From: Octopus sinensis
Taxonomy: Eukaryota
Length of the DNA: 64,000 bases
NCBI RefSeq assembly: GCF_006345805.1
Contig: NW_021832230.1
Coordinates: 1 to 64,000 of the forward strand
Direction: 5' to 3'
A model generated the notes under the pieces. That model ran no database searches, was not told the DNA's origin, and worked only from the letters and a program-made list of their open reading frames with translations. The position numbers and the translations under genes were made by a program. Each line of letters opens with the position of its first letter. The first letter of the stretch is position 1. Shown here piece by piece: positions 24,157-36,178 of this stretch.

Positions 24157-26694
24157 AGATTATCTTATGATCAAAAAAGAGAATTATAAATTATCTTATT
24201 GATAATTCTTCTCTAAGTCTAAGGCGTGTTTCAGAAATTTTTTCGTCGCGTTTCAAAAAATCAATTTCGAGAAGTGCAATTAACGATCTTAAATTGAGCA
24301 AACAGAAGATTCTTGGAATTAATCCAATTTATGGAAGAAGTTCTCGTTTTTCGAAACTTAGATATTCAGCAATTGATTCTGAAATCATTGCCTGGATAGA
24401 TTACATGGAATCTATTGGAGTTTGCCTCAATGATGAGATAATTTTGTCGAAAGCAACTGAAATTGCTGCGTTAAACGGTCTCTTCGAATTTAAAGCCAGT
24501 AAAGGATGGCTTGAAAAGTTCAAAAAAAGGCACAATGTAAAACTAAGATTTTTCATGGTGAATTGGGATATACTGCGGATGAGTTCAAAGACCAAATCGA
24601 AGACTTTAAAAAAATTATCTCTTCTAAAATAAATGAATATGGTTCAGAAAATGTTTATAATGCCGACGAAACCGGCGTATTTTACAAGACCATTCCATCA
24701 AAAAAGTGTCTGCAGGAAACGCCGACCAGGAAAAAAATTACTTAAAGATAGGTTAACATTTTTAGCCAATTTTCAGATTTTCATTAATGCTTTGCGCAAA
24801 TATGACTGGATCCGATAAAAGAACCCCTTTGATGATCGGGCAGTTTAAGAAACCAAGGTGTTTTAAAAACTTGAACGTTGATGAATATTTACAATACCGG
24901 AATTCTTCAAAGGCTTGGATGAACATGGAAATATTTAACGAATGGTTGTATAATTGGAACAAGACTCTCAAACAAAACAAAAAAAGATACTTTTGGTTGT
25001 AGACCATTGTCCTTCGCATAGAATAACAATCGAATTAAGTATGATAGAAGTTTATATTTACCAAAAAACACGACTACTGTGCTTCAACCGATGGATCAAG
25101 GAATCATTAGATCATTCAAATCTCATTTCAACAAATTTAAATTTAAACATATAATTGAACAAATAAACTACGGTGACGCAACTATTGAATGCTATAAAAA
25201 TTAACCCTGAAAGATGCAGTCTTATTTTCTTATCTAGCCTGGAAAGATGTGTCAGTGGATACAATATCAAAATGTTTTCAGCACGCCAAATGGGAAAACA
25301 GAATTGAAGAACCTATTATGGGAGACCATAAAATAAAAAATTTCGAACAAATTATAGAAAAATTAATGATCACAGATCCCATAAAAGAGGAGGAGTTTAT
25401 AGACTTTACGTACTCTGAAAATGACGAACTTCATGAATTTGTTCAAAACAATAACTATGAAAATAACGATGAAAATGCAATTTTAGACAGTTCAATTACT
25501 GAAGATTGTGAAAGAAACAACTGTATTACACATCAAGATGCGATAAAATGTATTTCGGACCTCAAAAAATATTTTTCACATGACGATAATTTTGATGTGA
25601 ATATGCTAGAAAGTTTATTAAAAATGCAAAAAAATATAGAGAAAAGATCATACAAAAAAACTAATTAAAAGAAATGTATTATACAAGTTATTCTAATGAC
25701 GGCCAGGATCTTTGGTATTTTTTGCGAGCTTATTGAAATGCACTGGTAGGGTAGATATCATTATGCGCAAACATGACTCTAAGTTTGCATCCGTTATCCG
25801 AGATCTATATTGACTTTTTAAATATTTCATTTTGGAAAATGTAGACTCACATAAATATGTGCATCCGAATAAAACGAGAATAATTTCTTGCCATTTCACG
25901 TAAATTTGGATAATCTGTCGCTGATTAAATCATTGCAAAATTAAATCATTTTTTAATTTCAATAATTCAATTTGAAATTCCAACGGCGCATTCTCAATCG
26001 AAACAGTATGTGGTGCTGCAGTTAATTGAAGTTTGAGTTCAATTTTTTTTAATTCGTTAAATCGCTCTTCAAATTGTTTCAAAATATAATCGAATATAGT
26101 ATTAAATGTATTTGGTGTAAGATCGTCATAATTAATTATTTTGTCATCAATGAGATTTTTAACTTTTTGAAAATAAAATAATTCATTTTTTTCTATGTGA
26201 ATCTTCAGTATGCGGCATGTATCCATAAAATCGTTAATTTTTTTTATACATTCGACAAATTGTTTGGTCCTTACCTTGCAAAGATATATTCAAATTATTG
26301 ATATATGGATTTGACAACTAGGTGGTCTAAATGTCTTTGAAAATGTTGTTTAGCATTGTCCCGTTTTATAGTTTTCACAATCTCATGGCACAATAAGCAT
26401 TGCATGCTATTGTTGTCTGTTTCGACTACGAAGTATTCACTTTCCCAGTTGATATTAAATTTTCTTTTTTCGTCATTCAAAGCACGTCGTCTTTTAACAG
26501 GCAATGTCATAAATAAATTAAGCCGTTTATGATAATTACTTTTAATAAAGGTTAACCGTTATATAAAAATAGAATTTTATTTAATATGAATATTTTTAAT
26601 TATTATTTAGGGTTTTTCTTGATTAATTAACACTATGAGCATTATATTTAAGATTAGTTGCTTGATGACCTAATTGAATTTATGGCTATAGCGT

Positions 26695-26761
26695 GCGTCA
26701 TGTGGTTCACCGTTTCTGGTGGCGTCAGATACAATCTTAAATTGTATCCAAAAAGAACCAT
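26695..26761 (+). ncRNA. Candidate HDV-like self-cleaving ribozyme (possibly degenerate)
   Basis: Nested pairings in HDV order: P1 GCGTC/GGCGT, P2 GTGGTTC/GAACCAT, P3 ACC/GGT, P4 GATACAAT/ATTGTATC, with a C after P4. L3 (6 nt), J1/4 (CA rather than GG) and J4/2 (C + 5 A) are non-canonical. Confidence 0.4.
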
Positions 26762-26849
26762 TAGTCAAAATCCATCCAGCGGACTTCCCCCTGGACAGCA
26801 CTCCCCCCAAGTTAGTGCACTTTCCTGGTGGCGGCTCATCATCTCCGGA

Positions 26850-26873
26850 GATGTTGAGCAAAATCCTGGACCT
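26850..26873 (+). other. 2A-like StopGo peptide motif DVEQNPGP upstream of APE
   Basis: SWWRLIISG-DVEQNPG-P matches D(V/I)ExNPGP with a hydrophobic upstream segment. It is in frame with, and 8 codons before, APE LNING. Confidence 0.85.
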
Positions 26874-27498
26874 AGAAAGAACCTCAATATACTGAGCCTG
26901 AATATCAACGGAGTTAGAGGCAAGGCCAAAGAACTAAAACTTTATCTGGAGAGGAAAAATATTGACGTCTGTCTTTTGCAAGAAACGAAGCTTTCGAAAA
27001 CTGGCAAAACCCCCAATTTCTCTGGCTTCAATGTGCTAAGAATGGATCGCCCATCGAGGCACGGCGGAGGCTTATTGACCCTTGTCAGAAAGGAAATCAT
27101 CTACAAAAATCACTCCACATTCAGGAAACTGGATAAAGACTGTAATACAGAATTTCTCGCCATCTCCATTCAAACTTCTCTTGGACAAATTATTATTGGA
27201 AACATCTATATCCCGGCTCCTGTGCCAAGAATTTACAGTGGATTTGTCTGAACTTGACAAGGTGGAAAACTTGCTGGTCTCTGGCGATTTTAATGCCAAA
27301 ACACCCTCATGGTATTGGAAGCAACCTTCAGATAAGAGGGGGAACCTAATAATTTCTCACCTGGAAAATCTGTGTGTTGTAAACGACCCAAGAATGAACA
27401 CTCGAACCCCTTACAACGAGAAAAATTCACTCACTTCACCCGATATTACGATTTGCTCACCACGACTGGCACCTCTTGTTCATTGGCCTCTTGTTCAT

Positions 27499-28169
27499 CG
27501 GCATCAGGGGGTCTTTTCTAAAGTCAGAACAGTCCTTCCCGGGGTCCATCAGGGCTCTGTGCTGAGTCCCACGTTTTTTAATGTCTTTATTGCATCTGCG
27601 CCCATGCCAGTCAATGCTCGTACTGAAATGGTAATTTATGCAGACGACATCATCCTCTGGGATCACTCGATGAAACCTGAGTGTGCGTGTCGTAGGCTAC
27701 AGGTTGCTGTGGATGGACTTGTAAACTGGTGTGGGAGTAGGGGTCTAAAGATGCGTGCGGATAAGTGCAGTGTTCTCAAAGTCTGTAAAAGGACGAGGGG
27801 TTACACTAATTACGCTCCTAGGTTATTGCTGAACGGGTCAGCAATTGCTGCAGTTGATCGGATGACTTATTTGGGCGTGCTCTTAAGCCGTCCGGTAAGT
27901 TTGATGATCACATTGCACGTACGAAAAATGCGTGCAATGCAGCGATTAGGCGCGTTGCGTGCTTTTCGGCTGCGGAGAGGTGCTTGGCTACGTGTGTTTA
28001 ACGCCATGGTGTTACCCGTGTTGACCTATGGTGTACATGCCTGGCACTTCTGTGAGGACCGAGAGAAGTACGTTGACGCGCTCAAGAAAGTCAGAAGACG
28101 AGCCATCCGGCTAGCCCATGGCTTAGGATGGCGAGTGGAGCTCACGGACACCCAGGAATTGTCCCTCAT
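27499..28169 (+). mobile_element. RT C-terminal fragment of a different LINE (distantly family B-like) replacing part of the host LINE
   Basis: GVHQGSVLSP, YADD and VLPVLTYG...KKVRRRAIRLAHG appear ahead of the host's own RT, giving two YADD motifs in ORF 27082-28941. Confidence 0.8.
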
Positions 28170-28935
28170 GAATACACGAAAGAATACACGCTCCTGCGGA
28201 CCAGACGGAATCCCAGCGATCATGCTCAAAAAATTGGGCGATGCAGGTATCTCTGCACTTACGAGTATTTACAACTACTCGTGCAATTTCAATTTCATTC
28301 CAACATTATGGAAACTGTCGTGCATTCACCCAATCCTGAAGCCTGGAAAACCGAAGGAGCAACCTGGATCATACAGGCCACTGTCCCTTTTATGCGTCCA
28401 GGCACGAATTCTAGAGAGAATGGTGATGACTTTGATTCGTCCCCTCCTCCCAGAAGTCAGTTTCCAACATGGATTCAAAGAGGGGCGATCAACTGTCACA
28501 CACCTAAATGCTTTAATGAAGTTTATATCAGACGGTCTAAACAAGAAACCTAAACAGGAAAAATCCATTGTCTGCTCGATCGACATAAAGAAGGCTTTCG
28601 ATTCGGTGCCAAGGAAAATACTCACACAAAAGATCTATTCCTCAAATATTGATACGAATCTAAAACTATGGCTTGGGAATTTCCTGAGCGGCCGTCGGGG
28701 AAGAGCTTGCTGTGGAAACAGAGCTTCCATATCGAGACTATTACCAAATGGGGTCCCTCAGGGTTCTCCACTATCTCCACTCTTATTCAATCTCATGATG
28801 AACGACATACCACAGCCAGAAGGGGACAACGATCTGTTATTACTATATGCAGATGATATTATCGTCGCATCAAGGGATGTGAGCATAATAAAAGCAACGG
28901 ATAGAATACAGGATAACCTCAACAATCTGAGTTCA

Positions 28936-31012
28936 TCTTAATAATAAAATGGTATGGTGTGTGTCTGTCTTTCTGTCTGTCTGTCTGTGTGTGCACACCA
29001 ACTTCAAATTGGCAATACGATGTCCTCGACTTACATGATGAGGTCCTTAAAACCTTCCCGCCAAAAAAAAATTGAAAAGAACTTTTCTGCATTTTGGTTA
29101 AAATGAACAACTACGATGTCCTCGACTTACATGATGAAGTCCTTAAAACCTTCCCCAAAAAAAAATTAAAAAAAAATTTTCTGCATTTTGGTTAAAATGA
29201 ACAACTACGATGTCCTCGACTTACATGATGAAGTCTTTAAAACCTTCCCCCCTAAAAAAAATTAAAAAAAAATTTTCTGCATTTTGGTTAAAATGAACAA
29301 CTACGATGTCCTCGACTTACATGATGAAGTCCTTAAAACCTTCCCCCCCAAAAAAAATTAAAAAAAAATTTTCTGTATTTTGGTTAAAATGAACAACTAC
29401 GATGTCCTCGACTTACATGATGAAGTCCTTAAAACCTTCCCGCCAAAAAATCAAAAAATTATTTTCTGCATTTGATTAAAATGAACAACGTTAATGTCCT
29501 CGACATTCATGATGAGGTCCATTAAAACCTTCGAGGCAAAAATCTCACGTATTAAGAATATCCTTGATGAAAACGACAGCAAGAATATTAACAATGATGA
29601 ACTCCCAATTATTCGCGATAAAGAAATTCAATTCATCCTATGATTTTCTCTTAAAAATTAAATGCATATATCATTATCGACCATGAATCAAAATTAAAGC
29701 TATTATCATATTTGACTTTGACAGAATGTGCAATTACAGATTGCACGACCTTGAATAGAGTGTGCAATTAACAGATTTTGAAAAACCACTTTGATAGTTG
29801 AAACCACATTAGCACAATCATTAACACAATTTACCACCAATTGACGCACGACCTTGAATAGAGTGTGCAATTAACAGATTTTGAAAAACACTTTGATAGT
29901 TGAAACCACATTAGCACAATCATTAACAGAATTTACCACCAATTGACAGCGCAATCAGAAGAATTTGCGTAAAAATATTAACTATTTAGTTAAGTTTTTC
30001 GTAAAGATAGAATTTATTTTCGGATGCCTCTTTTCCTAAACTTTTTTATTATTCAAAAATAATTTTTTCAATAGATAACCGAAGGAGGGAAGACGAAGCT
30101 GAAGAAAAAACGGTCAGCTTAAGGTAATTAATTAAATCTTTTTTGTGCGTCGCTTTTTTGGCTGCTGCTACTCTGCCTGCCCCATCTCCGCCAGTGGTTT
30201 GTGTAATCAAGGTCACTAAGCTAAATCTCCGGACTATAAAGGCTCTTAAGCATTATCTTAATTGGCTGTTAAAAAAATTAGACAGGTTGTTGCCGTGGCG
30301 GCAGAGATTTTTTTTGTTTATACTATTTCACAAATTTTTAAAGTTTTTTTTTGTTTTTTTTTATTTTTTTGTTTTTAAATTATTTATTTTTATTTGTTTT
30401 TTTTATTTTTTTGTTATTTTCTAAAAATTCAACCGGATTGAATTTTTAAACTCCTTAGATCCCTTGGAATGCCGAATCATTTTTTAAAGTTAAAGATAGG
30501 CGTTCCAGTGGTTTTATTACGAAATCTTGCGCCACCTAAATTATGCAACGGAACGAGGTTAGTTATCAAAAATTTGATGGATAACGTAATAGAGGCGACG
30601 ATATTAACAGGTAAGTATAGAGGTGAGGATGTATATATTCCACGAATTCCGATAATTTCTGATGAATTACCATTTAGATTTAAAAGGCTGCAATTTCCTT
30701 TGAGGATGAGTTTTGCAATGACAATAAACAAGGCCCAGGGACAGTCATTAAAGGTAGTTGGGTTATTTTTAGAGAGTGAGTGCTTTTCACATTGAAAGCT
30801 GTATGTGGGATGCTCGAGGGTAGGCAGAAGAGAACATTTATTCATATATGCCAAGGAAGGACGGACGACAAACATCGTTTATCAACAGGCGATAGAATAG
30901 GGTTACATTAAACTAGGTAGTTTTATACATCTACATAAACTTATAGTTGTTTGATGAAACAGGCCCTCCGCAGGAGCTAGGTCGCGGTGAGCGAAGCGAG
31001 CTGCCGAGCTAG
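28936..31012 (+). mobile_element. Non-autonomous Helitron copy 3 inserted in the LINE RT ORF
   Basis: A|TC ... CTAG|T with no TSD. Same microsatellite, ~94-nt repeats and helicase fragment as copy 2. Confidence 0.95.
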
Positions 31013-32849
31013 TGGCTATATAAAAACGAACTGGAGGCAAGTCCGGAAAAATCTATTTTGACTCTGTTTACGAAAAACAGAAGGCTTGGGAAAGTCTCAA
31101 TTGAAGCAAAGTTAGACGGGGAAATTATACCGCAGAGCAAAACCCAGAAGATTCTTGGAGTTACATTCGACACCTTTTTAACCTTTTCAACCCACGTCGA
31201 AAATGTAGTTATGGCGGGTGCAAGAAAGATTAACTTCCTGAATGCCTTCCTGAAGAACGCAGGAGAATGCAAAGGCCTATATGGCCTAAACAACATATAT
31301 AATCAATACTTGGAACCTACGATCGGCTATGCGTGCGCAATCTGGGGAACAAACTTAAGTGGAAACAATATATCAAAAATCGACAAAATTCGGGCGAAAG
31401 CGGCAAACCTGCTGAATACTTTCTCTTAAAAAAGATTATCCCGAAAGCCTGGAACAACGGAGAGGTTCGTCCTGAAAATCCCCGTCCGTACCGAAAATGC
31501 GTCGGGACAACGGCGGAACATCGGGAGAGGCTGCGAGAACTGCTGGGGGAGGCTGGGATCACCTGAATTCTTCTTTCTTTTGGCTATGACGTTGGTTTTC
31601 TGGTTCAATAATAATAATGACCTAATTGTGCCCACGGCCGCACATTCATCGACTCGCGGCCGCATGCGGCCGTCACGGCCGCACTTGCGCACCCCTGGTT
31701 TAGATAGTTAAAAATTATAGAAATTTTTTGTTGATAGAAAATAGGATATTGATTATTTCTCTTACTCGCCAAATTCTCTTAGTCGCCAATTTTGGCTTGG
31801 TCCCAAAAATGGCGAGCAATAGAGGGAAGACTGTATTTCCATTTTCAAAGCCACATCAGTACGTATGGCACCATAAATTGTGAGTGTCAATAAACTGTAC
31901 AACCTATCACGTCCAAAGTGATTAAGATTGTGTTGAACCTAATTTAAATAGACAATTATACTACTTCAATGAATTTTAACTTAAGTTCAGCGTCTTCGAT
32001 ACAAAAGAAACGCAACTTTGAGCCATTTTTAGAAATGTAGGTGTTGTTCTCCTTGAAACTAAATTTTTTGGCATATCTCCGTATTCGTGCCCTTTCTTCC
32101 GAACTCAAGGAATCATCAAGGTGGCCTGATTCCAAATACTCCCTAATTTTTTCGAGGGTGTCTCGAGTTAATTAACTAAAACCATTGATTAATGCTAATC
32201 TTTTCAACTTTTTAGAACTTTTTTATTAATAAGATTTTATTTTTTTATTATCAATATTTTTTTGCAATGAAATGTTTTGTAGGAAAAATATTTGTTTTGT
32301 ATTTAGTTAATTGACCTGACCGATCTGGCGCTCCGGCCGGTCTGGACGGTGACAATCAATATTAATAATAAAATCATTAATGAATATTATTCAAATAAAT
32401 ATTCTTTAAATTTATGTTAAAAATTGAAAACAATATTTTATATATTTATCAATTAAAAAAGCAATATATTTAATTAATCTCTTTGTATGTGGTAACTTGA
32501 CTTTAATATTTTTTAATTTTAAATAGCTGCGTTATTTACTACTTCCAAATATTACCTTCGGCTTTATATTGAGTAATAGAACTCATTTTCTTTACTAAGG
32601 ATAAAATTTAGCGCCTTATAAAATATAATATCGGAATTTTACTAATACCATTTCTTTTATTTTTATTTAGCGATTATAAAACAACTTTGTCGAATTAAAT
32701 TAATATGACTTTATGTGCTTATGAACACGAGATATTTTGTTAGAATATAATTTATATTCTAATGATTTCCGAGAAATTAGCTAATTATGCCAAATGTTCG
32801 ATTTATTCAAAAAATTAATATCTATGAAACTTTTTTTACTCTTTTGTAG

Positions 32850-34794
32850 ACAAGAGTTCAATAAAAACTATGGATGTTTTGTCCGGCAATGATACTTCAG
32901 AAACTGTTATGATGCGAAAGAAGTTGCGAACGACGTCAAATTTTGCTCGAAATTCATTCATTTACAAAAATGATAAAAAATGTCATTCTGAGCCTGAAAT
33001 TGATCCTAATAAGTTTTAAATTATTTTTATTTTTAGTACAAATATTTTCTTTTCACCGTTCCAGAGCATTGTAGAAAAACTTAATAAAACTATGAATAAA
33101 ATTTCAGATGTGAAAATTATTTTGAAAAAGTTTACTAATTAGATTGATTTAATTTTATTAGTAAAAATACGAATATACTCAATGATTCTTCGCTAAATAA
33201 AATCGATAATGATATTTTTATTTTATTAGATACTGCCCAGTCTGACGTAGAAAAAAGTATCAAAAATCTTATTTCATTACCAATTGACAAATCGATTAGT
33301 GAAATGACTTCGGAAAAAGTTTTAAATCACTGAATACTATTTAATGATAATTTCATTAGTTTCAAAAATTATTGGGCAATGAATTATCATATATAAAATA
33401 CATGAAACCGAACGGACTACAAGTATCGCAATACATATCAGAAAATTTCACTGGTAATGATTTCAATTTAAAGGGCGTTTAAAAAGATCTTAGCGATCTG
33501 ACCTCTTTGGAAACATTTGTTAAATCGACTAAGTTATCAAAAACAAAAACTTTCAAATCTGAAATAAAATATAATAATGATCTAAAAATGTATCATAAAC
33601 AAAAGAAATTGACTGTTAAATGCATTTTTTAATTTACTAGGTTTTACCGAATATTGACAAATGGGGGGTAGATATTTTTAATATTGAGGAACAATTTCCA
33701 AATAGAGTTCTCACCGTTGTTGCGTACACAGTTTTTATGGTATCGTGTAAATCAATTTTTAATACAAAGAATTATAATTTGGATGTAAAATTAAACATTC
33801 CGTCTGAAAAAATAATAAATTTTATGGTTCAGCTAGAAGAAAAGTACCATTCGGATGTTTTGTATCATAACAGTACTCATGCGGCAGATGTTTTACAAAG
33901 TGTTAATGTATTTCTTAATTTTCCGTGTTTTGAGGTACAAATAATGATAATACACTCAGGGAGTTTTCTCTGATTGTGAGATTTTAGCTGCTCTTCTGGC
34001 TGCCGCAATTCATGATGTGGATCATCCCGGATTTTCGAATCAGTTTCTTATACGAACTGGTTTACAATTCTCTTTGGAAATATTGTAGAATCAAGCTTAG
34101 CTATAACCTATAATGATATATCTGTACTTGAGAATCATCATGTCAGTACAGCCTTCAAACTTCTGAAGGTTCCTGGGTGTGATATTCTCTCTTCTCTAAG
34201 CAAAACGGAGCAAATTTATGTCAGAAAAACTGTGATTGAAATGGTTTTGGGGACTGACATGTCTAAGCACTATGATCACATTGCACAAATGATATCCATG
34301 TCTAAATCAGATGAAAATAATCAAAAGGCTTTTTCTACAAGTTCAGAACGATTAAATGTATTGATTTATAATAATTATCAATATCACTAGTTATTAAAAT
34401 CTATGTTACACTGTGCGGACATTAGTACAGCGGCACGTCCGAAAAATATTTACGAAAGATGGGTTTCAAGATTGACAAGCGAGTTTTTTATGCAAGGCGA
34501 CTTGGAGAAGAAACTAGGGTTAGATCCAAGTCCTCTATGTGACCGGGTAAACTCTGATATTCAGCAATCACAGGTTTTTGATAATTATTTATTTGGTAGG
34601 CTACATTTATTGAATATGTGGTTCTACCGTTGTGGGAATCATGGGCACAAATTGTGTTTCCTAATGCAGAAATTATGTTAGAAACGATACATGAAAATAA
34701 AGAACAATTAGGAAATATTCAGATAATAGATAGGGACACAGATTACTCTATAATTATTGATAAGTATGAACTCAAATATACTGATAATGAATAA
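32850..34794 (+). CDS. PDE4: cAMP-specific 3',5'-cyclic nucleotide phosphodiesterase, PDE4/dunce-like; multi-exon, 5' end uncertain
   Basis: UCR2-like [10 protein letters not shown] and [18 protein letters not shown]. Catalytic motifs [40 protein letters not shown] and [13 protein letters not shown]. Introns 33935-33959, 34060-34088, 34358-34390 and 34574-34599. One apparent 1-nt deletion near 33398. Confidence 0.92.
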
Positions 34795-34829
34795 AATTTA
34801 ATATTGATTTAATTTTTAAATAAAATTCG

Positions 34830-35648
34830 ACAAAATCTATGTAGAATGTCTAATCGTTTTTACATGGGAGGAGTGTTTAGGAAATGCTACTAACTTGCTT
34901 CGCTTCAAAACACTTGCCTCAACAGATAGTATGAGGCCATGCAAATTAAGAAGAAATTTTGTAAAAGCATTTATGAAAAAATTGGTATTATGGAAATCAA
35001 ATATACAAACAAATATCAATGACATTTTCCCACTTTTAAATACCTTCTGCGCCATAGTAATCATTGAAGTAAACAAAGACATATTTGCTGAACATTTGGA
35101 TTGTTTGTTGAAGCATTTTGCTCATTATTTTTAAGATCTTGATTGTAAAACGTTCGAATGGATACAGAATCCATTTATTGATGAAGAACATAATGGATTT
35201 GCATTGAAAACTTTTGAAGAAGAAAAATTGTTAGAATTGTCATGTGATACATTATTGAAACAAAAATTTGAGAGAGAACCGGTAATTTATTTTTGGTTGA
35301 ATGTAAGTACGGAATATGAAATTTTGTCGAATAAAGCAATGAAAATTTTGTTGCCATTTGCTACCTCATATTTATGCGAAACTGGATTTTCTCCACTAGC
35401 TGCAATGAAATCTAAATATCGAACTCGTTTAGTAATGACTAATGAGCTAAGAGTAGCACTCTCTTCAATGACATCAAGATTTCCAAAACTTTGCGCCAAG
35501 ATGGAAAAAATTATCTCACTAACTTTTTGTTTTAAAAAATTGTTTTTGATAAATTAATACTTGTATTATATTATGGAATATAAAGGGAGGCGCAAGATTG
35601 TACATTTTTTCTAAGGGAGGCGTGTAAAGAAAAGCTTAGAAACCTCTG
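34830..35648 (+). mobile_element. hAT Buster/ZBED8-like transposon, 3' fragment
   Basis: FEWIQNPF and AMKILLPFATSYLCETGFS. 3' TIR ...GCTTAGAAACCTCTG followed by CTCTAGCT (NNNTANNN). Confidence 0.88.
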
Positions 35649-36178
35649 CTCTAGCTAATGAATCTCAGATGACATCTCGTAATGCTAATAATAGCAAAAG
35701 CGTACCTCTGACTACCATCAAACTGAGTATTCCGAAGAAAACCGATTTGTGCTTGTATTTTTGCTGGGATAAGCGACCCGATCTTACAAATGAGGAGTTC
35801 GGTTGTTTTTCTAGTCACTACAAATGTATTGGAAGAAATTGGCTTCTAGAAATGCTTCCTCAACCTTGGAAAGAGTAATTAACTAAATAAAAGACTCATG
35901 TTTGAGAGCAGCATCAAATTGACTGTCCATAACAAAATTCGAAAAAGCTAAAAAAATATCTTTTGTTAAAATTTAATAGCTGTTATTATTTATTGGTTAT
36001 TGGTTTTTATATTCTGTTTTATTAATATATTTTTTAAACTTATATATTACAATCAAATTTAGTGCTTCAATTTATGGATTTTGTTGGTTTGTATCTTTTT
36101 AGTTTTCTGTATTATTTTTTCAGTATTATTGATTAATATCATTCAAATGATTACCTATTTTTAGATAATAAGAATCAA

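Larger units (their letters stand above)
26677..31616 (+). mobile_element. ingi/Vingi-like LINE (2A-APE-RT), both ends intact, interrupted by a Helitron and a foreign RT segment
   Basis: 12-bp TSD ATGACCTAATTG at 26665-26676 and 31617-31628. (TAA)n tail. APE motifs LNINGV and LQETK. RT motifs DIKKAFDSV, GVPQGSPLSP and YADD. The ORF reads NLNNLSS|WLYKNELE across the Helitron. Confidence 0.88.
25693..31697 (-). mobile_element. hAT (Buster/GTF2IRD2-like) transposon, internally deleted, 3' TIR lost
   Basis: 5' TIR CAGGGGTGCGCAA at 31697, followed by GTTTAGAT (NNNTANNN Buster-type target). N-terminal zinc finger CLLCHE...HFQRH (26295-26510), NLNISLQGK, and dimerisation domain FGCTYLCESTFSKMK (25693-25899). 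Confidence 0.82.
23580..31833 (+). mobile_element. pogo/Tigger-like DNA transposon (CENP-B HTH + DDE_1 transposase 23769-25668, frameshifted)
   Basis: TIRs CAGTTTACCCTCTATTGCTCGCCATTT (23580) and reverse complement CAGTCTTCCCTCTATTGCTCGCCATTT (to 31833), flanked by TA. Motifs FKASKGWLEKFKKRH, YNADETG, KDR/LMLCANMTG, LLVVDHC and QPMDQGII. Confidence 0.92.
22802..32354 (-). mobile_element. Ginger/TDD-like integrase-type DNA transposon, internally deleted, hosting nested insertions
   Basis: 36-bp TIRs with 4 mismatches (TGTCACCGTCCAGA...). 5-bp TSD ATCAA at 22797-22801 and 32355-32359. Integrase-like N-terminus (QHNLNHFGRDRLY, ~31836-32175, 26-nt intron) and C-terminus (DEVKSGDEVAI...RIHISRVKKL*, 23280-23579) are split by the pogo insertion. 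Confidence 0.8.

Noticed and set aside
33380-33420. PDE4 as a pseudogene (frameshift between ELSYIN and [10 protein letters not shown])
   Set aside because: A single missing base restores the UCR2 alignment, the catalytic domain is intact, and the assembly shows indel noise. It needs read-level confirmation.
35650-35960. Slightly GC-richer segment between the hAT end and XPO7 as a small gene
   Set aside because: I could not build a consistent open or spliced frame, or find any recognisable motif.
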